Of a DNA stretch of 64,000 bases, positions 24,487 through 37,403 are shown piece after piece (within the stretch, counting starts at the first letter, position 1; each line of letters opens with the position of its first letter). The stretch lies in NCBI GenBank assembly GCA_051942205.1, contig JAVECO010000008.1, forward strand, positions 1 to 64,000, given 5' to 3'. Origin of the DNA: Coniocarpon cinnabarinum (taxonomy: Eukaryota). The notes below the pieces were generated by a model that did not search any database, was not told the DNA's origin, and saw only the letters and a list, made by a program, of their open reading frames with translations. The position numbers were made by a program, and so were the translations under genes.

Positions 24487-25307
24487 TCATCGATGCGGCA
24501 AGCTCTTGCCTTCTACATCGTCCGGTAGAGTGCTAGGATCAACCTCTCCCCATCGCTTCCGGCCGGACAGCAGGTCATCGGCGAGTCTCCTCAGTTCACT
24601 CCGTTCTTCGGTATCATAGCTTTCATGGCTCCTGACTCTCCGCCGCTCGAACCGTTTCCTGGACTTTGCACTCTGCACTTGCTCGTCATTTCCCTGCCGT
24701 TCCATGATCTCCCGATACCTGTCACGATCCCAGGGTTTCCAGTCTTCCGGCTTTTCTGGATTCGGACCCGGCGGCCACACAAAAGGCTGCTCAAGCTCCA
24801 CGGTCATCCTCTTGACACCTTTCGGACGATACCGCCGTCTTTGACCTGGCTTTGTGAGACGCAGTCGTCGTTCGACGCGGACTGGAGGGATGAAAGATCG
24901 GATGGACTTTGTATTAACATTGTATGCATGGAATAGGTAGTCGCGCATGTCTAGCTTGTTGAAGTAGAGGGGAACCTCGAACTTGGCCCAATGTGGCGAA
25001 AGATCAGGTGTGCGGAGGAGTGCGACAGTAAATTTAGGACTGATTAGATTAGCTTTCATTGGCCAAATAATAATGAGTTCCGCTTCGAAGAATTGGCAAC
25101 ATAGATGGCGACCTACAGGTAAACTTTCTTTTGACCGACGAGAAAAGGTGTGTCGTCTCTTCGCCACCGATCGAATTGCTCTGCCTTCCGCCGTGCGAGA
25201 GAGATTGCCCATTGGGGAGGTTTGGGCTTGCTCAGCAAAGATGAGACAGACTTGGGGAGATGACGAGCAGCGTATGTGTTGAAGCTCTTGGGTCGGAAGG
25301 TGCTCAT
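24487..25307 (-). CDS. MRP20: Mitochondrial ribosomal protein uL23m, 2 exons (25307-25117, 25039-24487)
   Basis: GQKKVYL|PKFTVALLRTP...FEVPLYFNKLDMRDYLFHAYNV...KRMTVELEQPFVWP; basic N-terminal presequence; intron GTAGGT..CTAAT..CAG. Confidence 0.9.
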
Positions 25308-25546
25308 ATTTCTTGTATTTCGAACCGAATCAGGGAAGTTCCATGATAGCACTCTTAGAAGCTGCTGATGAAGCTTTTCTCTTCAAATCGTCTACTTGAT
25401 CTAGAACGGTTTCTCGTGCAGGCAACTTGATATGTACCTTCAAGAGGACCGGGCAGAAATATTGTGGCACTCAATTGATGCTATCACAATCTCTCCCAGA
25501 TGCTTGAAGAACTTTTCTTATTATATCCTTCCGATACTCAAATGGA

Positions 25547-26953
25547 ATGGACAAAAGCTCGATAGTTTCAACACTTCGCCCTCTGCGGTTCGCCGTGGAG
25601 GGTTGTGGTCATGGGGAGCTTCATCCTATCTATTCATCAATTCAGAAAAGCTGCCGAGCCAGAGGTTGGCGCGGTATCGACTTGCTAATCATTGGCGGTG
25701 ACTTCCAAGCCTGCCGCAATAATCATGACATGAATTGGATGGCTGTGCCGCCTAAGTACAGAGGCATCAAAGACTTTCATGAATACTACTCTGGCAAACG
25801 TGTTGCACCATACTTAACCATCTTCATCGGCGGTAACCATGAAGCCAGCAACCATCTCCAAGAACTCTACTACGGTGGGTGGGTTGCACCTAACATTTAC
25901 TACTTGGGTGCTGCAAATGTCATTAATGTAGGTGGTGTTCGTATTGCTGGCATGTCTGGTATCTGGAAAGGCTACGACTACCGCAAGCCACATTACCACA
26001 TGTCTTCACTGGGAGACAAGGACATCAAGCAGATGTATCATACCAGAGAAATAGATGTTCGCAAGCTCATGCAACTGCGCACGCAAGTTGACGTAGGCTT
26101 GAGTCATGACTGGCCCAAAGGAGTAGAGCAGCATGGGGATCTACATTGGCTTCTACGCGTAAAGAAGCATTTCAAGGAGGATGTGCAACGTAAATTGCTT
26201 GGAAGCAATGCAGCAAGCTATGTCCTGAATCATCTACGGCCCTTCTATTGGTTCTCAGCTCATTTGCATGTCAAATATGCAGCAGTCGTCCATCACCAAC
26301 CACACAGCCAGGAAGAGTCGAATCTGGCGCAATGTCCTGACAATGCTGACGAGCTCTCCTTGGATGACGAGGTGGAGAACGTGCCGCAGGCGATTGAAAA
26401 CCCGGATGAGATCTCACTCGAAGACGATGATACAAAGCCTACGACGAGTGTTATAAAGCAAGGGCTGAATGCTGCAGAATCTCTTCAACAACCAGCCATA
26501 CTCAACAGTACGACCCAATTCCTTGCGCTTGACAAATGCTTGCCGAAACGGGATTTTCTGCAGCTCCTCGAGATCCCTCGCAGGCCCACAGGATCACAGC
26601 ATTCAGACTCGGGTGACGCGCAGCTTGAGTACGACGAAGAGTGGCTCGGAATCACACGGGTCTTTGCTCAGGATGTAATACACAAACGAATGCATGACCC
26701 CCAGCAGGCCGACAGTCCACCTGATAGAAACCGGCAACACTACTCTTCACTTGTAGATGCCGAGGTGAACTGGGTGAGGGACAACATCGTGAACAAGGGT
26801 AGGCTTGTTGTGCCGCGGAATTTTCAGCCTGTCGCTCCCGTCTACGATCCTAGATCGAAATTCAGGGATCCTAACGACAGGCCAGCCATGCACCCCAACC
26901 CTCAGATGGAGGCTTTTTGCAACATGCTTGAGATACCAAATCCACTGCAATGA
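25547..26953 (+). CDS. DBR1: RNA lariat debranching enzyme
   Basis: AVEGCGHGEL, GDFQACRN, FIGGNHEASN, YGGWVAPNIYYLG, SHDWP, YWFSAHLH, FLALDKCLPKRDFLQ. Confidence 0.97.
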   Translation: MDKSSIVSTLRPLRFAVEGCGHGELHPIYSSIQKSCRARGWRGIDLLIIGGDFQACRNNHDMNWMAVPPKYRGIKDFHEYYSGKRVAPYLTIFIGGNHEASNHLQELYYGGWVAPNIYYLGAANVINVGGVRIAGMSGIWKGYDYRKPHYHMSSLGDKDIKQMYHTREIDVRKLMQLRTQVDVGLSHDWPKGVEQHGDLHWLLRVKKHFKEDVQRKLLGSNAASYVLNHLRPFYWFSAHLHVKYAAVVHHQPHSQEESNLAQCPDNADELSLDDEVENVPQAIENPDEISLEDDDTKPTTSVIKQGLNAAESLQQPAILNSTTQFLALDKCLPKRDFLQLLEIPRRPTGSQHSDSGDAQLEYDEEWLGITRVFAQDVIHKRMHDPQQADSPPDRNRQHYSSLVDAEVNWVRDNIVNKGRLVVPRNFQPVAPVYDPRSKFRDPNDRPAMHPNPQMEAFCNMLEIPNPLQ

Positions 26954-27674
26954 GCAAGATGAGTGAGGCATGAAGAGAGCAGTCAATTCGAGCGCACGGC
27001 AGTGGATAGGCTGTAAGTTAATGAATGACGTTATGAGCTATAGAGTTTCAACGACCAGGCCGTCGGAAAACGAGCGGGCATTTGTACGAATAGCATGATA
27101 TGCATTGATCTGGTTAGGACAGTCATAGACTTTGCGACACCCCAAAATGTGTCGCTAATCAAATTCTCTCTAATAGTCAGGTTTCGTACTACTTTTACGC
27201 ATCATATGAATAGTGTTGTATGTGCGACCGGCACGTATAGCGCATGCTTTGATTTGAAGTTCGAATAGTCGGCGCCCTGGGCCGCAAGAGCCAGAGCCGT
27301 CGACAGCTCCTTGCTTTCTCGCTAACAACCTTTGTTGTTTTATACGGTCTTCAGTGCACATCGATTGATCTCACCAAACTTTCCAGCGGCCACGCTGACT
27401 CCACCGCTCGAACGATGGATCACAAGCTTTGTCGAAGAATCTTGTTGCAAGCGGTTGCACGTGCTTCGCTTCCCCGACCAACATATATTTCATCACTTAC
27501 TTCAACCAGGCACTCCAATTATGCAACATTCGCAAAGACACTGATGCCGCTTCGAGCTCTAAAACATCACCTACGATTGACTCGCATAGCCGCCGACTTA
27601 CTTCTAAACAACACTGGTCTCTAAAGGCATACAATTCATGTGTCCAGCTGTTTGGTCTTGCGTTTGATGATCCA

Positions 27675-29043
27675 TCATTGACTTGCAATCTCTTTGATAG
27701 CTAGCTTACAGGGTCGGTAAGTCAAGCTGTCTGAATCCTCTGACGCGGATCGCGAATTGTCCACTGCAGCAAGTCCATGTTTGAAGCGAAGCTCCTGCAC
27801 TGTGCAAAAACGCAGCGGCCACATCATGTATCTTCTGGTACCAGGTGGACAGTGCTGGTAAAGTCTTCTGACACAAGTCCCACATGCTCGGCCATTGACA
27901 CGGCCGGAGTGTGCATCTGATCCATGCATAATCAGAGGCGCTATTAGTGCCTCGACGGCAACCAAATGCGCCATCAAGACGACGGCGATCCCATTCGTAG
28001 GATCCATCAGTCTCTCCCATTCATCTGGCGGAAGGGTCGCTGGATAGCCCAGAGCATCCGCAATCGCAAAATACCCTGCGTGACATGTCAATGATCGCCA
28101 GAATGGTTCAAATGCGGAAAGGTATCTTACCTCTCACATCCTGCGACTGAAGCATTGCAGCCACTTGCAAAATTCTACGGTGAAGCTCAGATTCTGTCGC
28201 ACTCATGGGCAGACACTTTACTTCTGCTAACGACTCCAAAGCCCCTTTAACAGGTTTCTGATCAATATGATGAGGCTTCAACTGTTCCGTTACCGCGACA
28301 ATTAGATCAGCCGCATCGCCCATCCGAGGGACGAGTACAGAAGTGTTTGGAGATTTCTTAAGCCGCTCTGTGGAGATCCCAACGGCCCTTGCTATCAGAA
28401 AGAATTCATAAATGCTATCGCCGGCATAACACGAAGTATACATCATCGTATACAGCGTTGCCAGAATGGCATCATTCTCAACCGCGCTCCAGGTTCCCTT
28501 GGCGATGATGTTGTTCACACCTCGCATGGCGATAGCCCTATGCTGGGCCTCCAGCTGCCGATTGGCATGAAGAGTCTCGCCGAAGGAGACATGCGATAAG
28601 CCCAAGGCCAGCAAGCTGTGCATGCAAAACGTGAACTTTGAGCGCGTCAGCCATTGCCGAAGGAGCAAAGCAACCAAATGAAGCGCATCTACCTCGTGCG
28701 ACATTGCAGGAATATCATTTTGCCAGGCCTTATCTGCACCCAAAGGAAGCGACGGCCGCGCGGTGGTGAGATACCGTTGGAATGCCCTCAAGTCATCATG
28801 AGAGAACGCAAAAGGGAACAGATTCAACGCGTGACTCGGTGGTGGACCCGACTTGCCCTGCGCTGGATCGAGTGGGTACCTGCAAGGCACACGATGTTTT
28901 GCGCAGTGCGTGCAGGAGGGGCGCGTCTCGGAGCATTTGATCCTCTTGGACCTGCAGCGAGCACAGCCGCGACGACTTTTGCGGTGATCACGAAGTTTTC
29001 GCGGTTTGTGGATGATGGGATTGGCCGGCTGTGGCTGCTGCAT
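27675..29043 (-). CDS. Zn(II)2Cys6 transcription factor (Upc2/C6-type architecture), 3 exons (29043-28693, 28635-28131, 28075-27675)
   Basis: HRKSRRGCARCRSKRIKCSETRPSCTHCAKHRVPCRY; FCMHSLLALGLSH; introns 28692-28636 (57 nt, in frame) and 28130-28076 have GT/AG ends and branch-like sites. Confidence 0.85.
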
Positions 29044-31309
29044 AGCGCAACAGATCCCCCGCAATCTCTGAATACGTTCCACGTGCAGTCGTCCCTGAAG
29101 GAGTCATTTTCGACCTGCTCTCAGACGGGGTGCGGCCAAGGGAGATTCGCTGCCAAGTCAACTCGGGTCCCCAAGATAGCCTTGCGGCGGCCAACCACAC
29201 TGCAATACGAGCGAGACGATCTTATGGCCGGAGACTTTTGTTGCACGTGCTGGCGTCTCGTCTCCTTTCACCATCTCGTCTTTTACTGCTGCCAGAATCG
29301 CCGACCGGTCTGGCTCGTCAAAGCCTAGAAGGGAAACAACACCGTGGTTGGCCTGAACTTTGAGCCCCTGGCTGGCCGCAGTGTTGCGGCGAGTCATGGA
29401 GAGAGCAATCAGGTACCACATTCCCCATTGTCAGGACGGTTAGCAGCCGCACTCAACTTTTGCGCATTGTATAGGCAATCATGATCCCTGCACTCAAGAA
29501 GTCCTGACATCGGCAAAGCACGTGTGGAGTGTCTCAGATCTCGAGATGACGCTCATCGATCGGTCGAGACCATTCCTGCAAACCGAGCATCCGGCTGCAA
29601 ACGCATTCAAAAACCATGAGCACGGTAGCTAATTGAGCTGTCGCTGGTGTGAACAGTCACACAGTGTGGACATCGAAAGGAGCGACTCGAATGCGCGGTC
29701 GACAAATACAACCGCGATGAAACTCGAAAAGCTTACAACGCCATCCACGAACACAGGCAGGAGGGCGCGCTGTGACGCTGAATCGGTCTTAACCGAGGGT
29801 TTCGTGGATTTCGTGTCGCTAGTACGTGAAGATCAAGCTCGGCTTGAATGAAAACTAACCGCGCCCACCACTGTGATGGGAACAAGCATTCAAGTGCCGA
29901 GCTGCATTGCGTTGAACTATCGCAATTGTGGCGGATCCAAGCGCGTGGCCGTTGCATTATGTGCGGCATCGGCTCCCTGGAGAATCAGTCCATGGAGATA
30001 AAGTCTGACGCGATTGTGGGGGATTACCACGGAAACACGGGCGCGCCGTTGGAGCAGAACGCAACGAGCAGGTCACGATGTCAAAGTTTGACCAGAACGA
30101 CGCAGGCAGGCCATTGGGTTTTGGCCACGAAAGTTCGAAATTGTCGAATTGGCGATTGCTTGCTTACGGGCGAAGGTCTCCGTACGACCTCGGGTGTCAC
30201 CCGCATGGAGCAGGTGATTGTGAGGGCAGCGTCGCATGGCAATGCATGGTTTACGCGGAGGGCGTGGATGTTGGACGCCGGAGGAGGAATGGCGTCGGCG
30301 AGGTGCGCAGGTCGGGCGCAGGGCCAATGCGTGCGTGATGCATACGGAGTACCATGCGCTCCATGAGAGGCATCTGAGTCGACGCTTCAGAGCTGAGCGA
30401 ACACTGCTCCTGCTCCATCCTTCCTTTTCGCCCCAGCGCCATCGGGCATCTCGGCGGCCTCGTCAAGGAATCCTTCGTGGACCGCTCCAGCTTGCCGGCC
30501 GCGACGCTCGACGCTCTTCCAACGCTCACCCCGTTGCACGAACAGCTCTCCTTCGCTGGCTCGCGCTCTCGGCCGGCGGTGTGCATTCGATGCCTTCTCG
30601 GAAGCTTTTCCAATCGTTTCCAGATGATCATTGCGCTGTTGCATGTGCGCTTCTGTGCAGCGTGCGCAAGTGCGCGTCCTTGTCCACTTCAGGCTTCCTC
30701 GTTTATTAGCTGGTCCGCATCTGGTCTAGCATTCTGACGGCCCCCTGACCAGGATGCTCGTTGTGGAAGCCGGCAGATAGGGCGTGGAGCGACTACTGAC
30801 CACTCAGCAGGCTTACGCAGGTGTTGGTTAGCCGGCCTTCGCTTCCGGTCGGCGCTGACCAGCATGCCTCTGCTCAGGCCACACTGGCCGGTCCCATCCT
30901 GCCTCCCAACACCGCGCTTGAGAGCAATGAGTTGCCGCTGACATGCTCCCGCAACGGTGCAGGGACGCTCCTGCGCTCCCTGTCCCTCCCTACGGGTGGA
31001 GCAGTGCGGAGAGAATATGGGCGCGCAGGTGGCGATCGACTCGACGCGGACACTCCCCGCCAGACTCTCTCCTGTGCAATGCCTGCGTGAAACAAACGGC
31101 AAGTATGCATGCAGCCGGTCCTGGCTGGTGCTGAACGCCCACTATTCCATCAGCCTGGTTCCCTCGCGAAGGATTCCACCGTTCTCAATAGTCCGTCCTT
31201 GCCTCCCCGGCTTGTGGTTCACACTGAATAAAAAGTTCAGATTCACCACCGCTGGCGTCTTGCTGCTGCCGTCGTACGCCATTCTTGCCCGGGCGGAACA
31301 CAGCTCATC

Positions 31310-32788
31310 ATGGAACCCGAACGGAACGCAACAAATGGCTACTTCGTTGAGCCGTACAGTGCCTTCGACATCGACCACGAGCATCGGGCTGGCTTGATCG
31401 TGCTAGGAGTGTTGGGCATACTATCAGTCACGACGCTTCTGCCAGTGATCATGTTCATTGTTCTGCGACTATTTCGACACCCTCAAATTGCGCAAAACCA
31501 GCCTGTGATCTTGTGTTTCAACCTCCTATTGGCAGACTTGTTCCAGGCAACGTCCTTCCTCGCAAGCTTTCATTGGGTCACTGTGGGGAGCATTTTGGCT
31601 CCATCGGGCTGGTGGTGAGTGACGGTTATTGGGAACTACATGATTTCGAGATTTCGTTGCTGATATCTTGGCCCAGCCACGTTCAAGGAGCATTACTCAA
31701 CCTCGGCGACTGCTCCAGCGGCTTCTTTGTGCTTTTCATCGCACTGCATACTGGATGGACCATCGTACAAGGCCAATCGCTGTCTCAGCGGGTCTTCGCT
31801 TCTATTACTGTTTTCATTTGGATCTTCGCCGTGGTATTGACCATTGTTGGACCGATTCATTTCGGCCAGAGCTTCTTTGTGCGCGCTGGCAACTGGGTGA
31901 GTCAGCCCGGGCACTTGCGCTCTCGCTTGCATCAACTGATTCGTGATCTGTTAGTGCTGGATATCTCCTACCTATGAGTCGGAGCGATTAGGATTACACT
32001 ATCTGTGGACATTCATCAACGAGTTCGGCACCATCGTCATCTACGCGCTCATCTTCTTCTACCTGAACCGCAAGCTGAAGAAACTACGAAAAGTCCGACC
32101 TGACCTGGCTGCTTCCAAATCAATCGGCCGAGCAACTAAGTACATGATCCTGTATCCACTCGTCTTTGTCATTGCCACGCTACCACTTGCGGTCGGTCGC
32201 ATGCTGTCCGCCAACAAGAAGACGCCGTCAGATCAGTACTTCTTCGGAGCTGGTGCATTGTTGGCTTCTTGCGGCTGGCTCGACGCCGTGCTGTACACGT
32301 TCACGCGGAGAGTCTTGCTCAAGTCTGGCCCAGGTGGAGATGGATCCAGTTATCCTGCGGGCTCCAGTCACAAGCCTGCTACATTCCACGGTTTCGGCTA
32401 CGGGAGCAATGCGACTGGCGGGGGCACGGCCACGAGCCCCTTTCCATTCTCATCGGGTAACCGAGATCGTGAGAGCAAAACCCTGTCCGGCATCACCTTT
32501 GAGATGCCCAGCAAGGCTGCGACCGCGAAACAACGTGGCCAATCGGACGAGGTCGAGCTCCTGGCTCTCAAGAGCAACGAGTCGCGTACGAACACGATGG
32601 ATAGCAGCGTGACCCCGTCAGGTGTAGCGACTTGGCCACTACCACCGGCAACGTCGCCCGCTCCAGAGGACGAGTCCACCGAGCCCATCCAACGGCGAAC
32701 AATGGTTCGAATAGAGGAAGAGCCCGCGCCAGGCCGAGCGCCTCGAAAGTACTGGCGAATGGAACCAGTCCACAGCGCGTTTGAGTGA
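31310..32788 (+). CDS. Fungal 7-TM G-protein-coupled receptor, Git3/GPR1-like, 3 exons (31310-31614, 31677-31896, 31955-32788)
   Basis: FNLLLADLFQA, W|CHVQGALLNLGD, FFVRAGNW|CWISPTYESERLGLHYLW, KYMILYPLVFVIATLPLAVGRM, GWLDAVLYTFTRR; multiple TM helices. Confidence 0.85.
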
Positions 32789-33581
32789 AAAAGTGCTTGC
32801 TTGCTAGCTTGCTTTCCTTCTTCCCCTTTGATGATACCCACGTTGGGCGGTTTGTTGTGGCTTCAGGTTCACGAGAGTCCAGTCGAAATCACTACGGACA
32901 ACTATCAACTTACTAATGTATTTTGTTCTATTGCTGACCCAGGCCGGCCGAATGTGCCCATAGGCCTTGGGAGACGATGGGAGGGATTGACGAATTTACT
33001 GAGAACGCACGGAGCAAACGCTACTGATGCAGTGCTTTTATAAGATTATGTACGATAGAGCCAAAAGCGAGCGGAGGCGTTGTCGGCAAGCTTTGCGATT
33101 TGCAAGACGGGCTCTGAGGCTCGCTCATTCAGATTAGAATCAACTTAGAGAACCAAATTCAGTACACTGCTAAGCCATCGCCAATGTCTTACATCAACTG
33201 CCAACGGTTGGATGCTTGCTCCGTGCCTTGTTCCGTACCCGAAGATTCCCTCGCATCATGGCTCAGTTTCTGGCTAGCGGAGAGTAGGTAGGTAACTGAA
33301 GTCAAGCCAGCCGCTTGGACATTCTATCTTGAGAATGTTCAGGGCCTGCTCTCCGCACATCTCGCCTCGGCCTCCAATCGCAGTATCCTCTGCGACACGC
33401 CAAGAGGCGCCTCCCGCCGACGATCGTCAGAGATCTGACAGATGACGTACACGTCAGGCCTCGGGGCTTGGCTCGTGTTTCGAGATCGTCTGTAGCATAA
33501 GGATGGAGGCCCGCTGCACCCTCGCGGTCGCTGTTGCAGCTTGGCTATACGACGAGATACCCTGAGCTATACGGCAAGACC

Positions 33582-34636
33582 ATGTATCGATCTGCGCTTG
33601 CTGCTGCGCTTTTGGCGCTGTCGCCCGCCTTGGCCATCCCTCCAGAGGACTTTGGCTTTCCCAGTGCCCCGAACGATACAGCGCTGGGCGTTACGTTCAA
33701 TCCTGGCAGCGATAATGAGGTGGTGATCATGGAGGCGGAGCTGCTTGGCCCTGATGGTACGCTCGCAAGGCTTTCCCGTTACTTGATAGGATCCAACGAC
33801 GATGACGACAGAGCTGACATGAGCATCTTCCAGTTGCTCTGCAACCACCACAAGTCACGGTCAACGCCTCACAATACCGATCCATCGCCGAATACAACGG
33901 CGCCTACGTCCTCATGATGGTCGACCCCGACGCATCAACACCCCAAAACCCCACCAGCCGCTTCATCCTGCACTGGGTGCGCCAACGCCGCCCCACTGAA
34001 TTCCTAAATCATACCAGCTAACCACCACTACAGATGGCCGCCAACCTCACAGCTTCCCCGGACAACGGCGTCCTCACCAACAGCACCCCCGCCGTCGCTG
34101 AATACGCCCATCCCATGCCTCCACCCAACTCAGACGCCCACCGCTACATCCTCTACGCCTTCCAACAGCCCGACGACTTCGCCGTCCCAGACGCCTACGC
34201 CGGCTACGGCGGGATGAACCGCTCCAACTTCAACGTGACCGATTTCCTCTCCCAGGCCGCCCTCGACCAGCCCGCCGCGGCGAATTACTTCTTCGTGCAG
34301 AACAAGACGGGCACGCCGCCGGACTTCACGGCCAGCGCTGGAGGCTCCTACCCGGGGGGTAATGGCGCCGCGATTGCGGCGGGGCCGGGACCCAGCGTTG
34401 CGCCGATGAGCTCGATGATGGGGGGTTCGATGATGAGTGGCTCGACGATGAGTGGCTCGACGATGAGTTCGACGATGATGGGGAGTATGGGGCCGAGTAT
34501 GACGGAGAGTGGTGGGATGAGCGCTACGGGGAGTGCAGCTGCAGGCGCGAGTTCGGCTGCTGCGGCTGCGGATCGTGTGGGTATGGGTGCTGCGGTTGTG
34601 GCGGCGGCTGGTGGGATTGCTGCTTTTGCGTTGTAA
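33582..34636 (+). CDS. Secreted, probably GPI-anchored PEBP (phosphatidylethanolamine-binding) family protein, 3 exons (33582-33756, 33834-33976, 34034-34636)
   Basis: Signal peptide MYRSALAAALLALSPALA; YVLMMVDPDA, FILHW, PMPPPNSDAHRYILYAFQQP, FNVTDF; Ser/Met/Gly linker and hydrophobic C-terminus. Confidence 0.88.
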
Positions 34637-37087
34637 GTGTGGAATGGAACGGAAGCTGATCGTGTTGGAGATGGTACGTTAATGCGATTGGTGAAGATTG
34701 GATCGGTGGAAGCTGAGAAATGTACAGGACTTGATATCAATATGTATAGTATTACGTCGAACGGGAATACGAGTTTCTTGACATTCACAGTTTGTTCGCA
34801 GTATCATACAGCATCGATATTGATACAAGGTTTCAGAGCGCTATGTAGGAGTCGTTACTTGACCCTCACGCGTTCCTAGCACAGAACAGGGTGAGAAAAG
34901 AAGGCAAGGAAAATGTCAATACGATGAGCTCGTCTTTTGATGTTGCCATTTTTCGACTGTAGAATCCTGGCTACGAACGAAGCTGCGCCGCTGAACAGTA
35001 ATACGCGACGCAGACTGACAAGCAAAGAGGATGACGACGCATTGATATTAGGAATGGGAACAGATATCAGATCTAATGTGCGCTATGCAAAGGCAAGTCA
35101 GGCGCACAGCAAGCCTTAATCTGACACTCGGACGCTCCAGCTCAGTCATGTCACATGATAGTCCCCCATACAAGCTCTACATGTTAGACCAAAGAAATTC
35201 GACTGTACACTATTCTCGATTTGATACTCACCCCGCTAGATCACACTCACCCATGTCGATACCCTGCGCCCGGTCTTGCCAAATGGACGCACGCAAGGCC
35301 CGGAGCAGCGCCGGTGTCTTCCCCTGTTACTCCATTAGCAAGGGATACGCTAATTCTGGGAAATGCCGATTCAGTTGAGAAGCTGTGGATACACATGCGC
35401 CGACGCGCTGGCGCAGAGCTCGAGATGAATACAGGTGTGGCGATCTCTGCGACATGCTTTGCCAGGCTTACGCGTTCTTCAGAGGAGAAGATGATAAGTT
35501 GTGAGTGCGTATGTCTCTTGCTATGACGTTCGACAGATCGACAGGTACGTCGAAGCTTGCGCAGATACGCTGGACCCCTGTTCAGCTGTGATGGGCGTGC
35601 AGACGTGCTCTATGAGCTGCGCTGGCATATCGGTACGGCAATGTAGCAATACAGTCAATTGCGGAAGCTATGACCCGTGGTTGCGGACAGGCACAGCTCA
35701 GAACCGCAATGGATGTCATTAGATCCACATGCTTTCGATACAATGAGCGGAGAACGTTCCATTGGTATTCTTCACGGTGCTTGCCTGATCACTCCTCGGA
35801 GAAAGAAATCTGTTTCAAAAGCTCTCGACCATGGGCTGGGATCAGCTATACCAGGTTCATAGATCGCTCACTCTGGGGAGCGAGTGCGAGAGCGATGGAG
35901 ATGGAGATGGAGACCAGTGATGGTGGAGATGGATGAGGCTGCGTAAGCATCTAGGCCATACTCCGTACGTCCAGGACCACTGGTCCGGCGTTGTTCTGGC
36001 CCTTCTCAAGACCGAACTTGACCGCAAGACTTGGACTCTAAGGCTGGCGAAGTCGCGCGGGACGTAGATCAGGCAAGCAACTTGCATGACTGGTGCACGT
36101 CCTATATTGGCTTGTTCCCGGGGTTGAAAGGTTCTACTGGAACCTACCTATGAATCGGTCGCAACGCCGCCCCATGATAGGGTTGACATTTCGACCATCT
36201 CAGCAGAAGAACAGGCCTCAGTAGAACTAGGGAGCTGCTCAGCATATCACATCCTCAATAATCTCGAAGATGGCGCATGAAAGTGCACTCGTGGTAGAAA
36301 CTTCCGCCCAAGATATCGTTCGGTCGCTGTCGGGCGAGACCATCTCTTGGCGCTCTTGCAAAATCAGCTTCATGAGCAGAGGCCACACATCTTCGCCACG
36401 AAAACCTGTCTCGTATCCCGTCTCAACGGTCGTCTTCACGCGCTTTCTCCAAGAACACGTCTAAAATGAGCATGTCCGCAAATAAGCCAGTAACGACATT
36501 GTTTAGAAGATGGCTCAAGTTCCGCGACCCATAGCAAATCGTACACCTTTCAATCCGAGTATTCCAAGCGAAACCAGTCGAAGACAATCGCGCCTCTCCA
36601 TGCCCGTTTTACGTCGGTGATTGGATTGCCCATGTGTTCGTGCTTCTCACGCTACCATGGCTCACACTGCTCGAGATGACACGTCTTGGTCGATCTCGTC
36701 CCTTTCGCGGTAGGGTGTTCAGATATCTTTGACCACTGCGTCTAGTTACTGTCTACGATTAAGACACGTTGAATCGATCGAGATGGTGTCGCGGGAACTT
36801 ACGGAACATCCGATGATTTCATTGTGTTGACATGTGGGCTCAAAATCCCCCTTCATACAGACGCTACTTGAGGCCAGTTGGACAAGTTGTTGATATGTGA
36901 TCTACCGTGTCCAGAATTTCTAAGTGCATGCGTGCATGCATATAAATGTGTCTGTAGCACTTGGTACTGCACCCTGGACTTCTAGATATAAGCTTAGCAA
37001 TCAGTCTCTAGGAATCCACTTATTCAACAATCCATTTATTCAACTACACAGCGAAAGCAAAGTCTTGGGAAGAAATAGGCACTTCAA

Positions 37088-37403
37088 ATGCCTGACGAAT
37101 TACGAGAAGAGGTCGACGGCGTCCAAGTCGTCTGTCCAGCCGACCACAATAGTCCCTTCAGGCATAAAGCATGGGAACATCTAAAAGGTCGAGTCGCAGA
37201 GATTCAAAGAGACTACGAGGTCGAGAGACGTGGCGTTACACTGAAGGTCATTTCGATCGAGGTCTAGTACGTGTCTGTGAACGCAGTCTGTCTCGAACCT
37301 GCTAACAATTCCCTGCAGTACTTCTGTACTTCCGAAATATGAGTACAAGATTCGCATGGACAATGGCGACGTGAATACCGATCGCCATATTGGGTATGGG
37401 TGA
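37088..37403 (+). CDS. Small 87-aa hypothetical protein, 2 exons (37088-37266, 37319-37403); not in ORF track
   Basis: CAAATG start, 52-nt intron GTACGT..GCTAAC..CTGCAG, spliced frame open to TGA; TATAAA/TATAAG upstream near 36941 and 36987. Confidence 0.7.

Noticed and set aside
29400..31300. Many overlapping 60-170 aa ORFs between the C6 factor and the GPCR
   Set aside because: GC-rich divergent promoter/UTR region; no recognisable domains or consistent splice structure.
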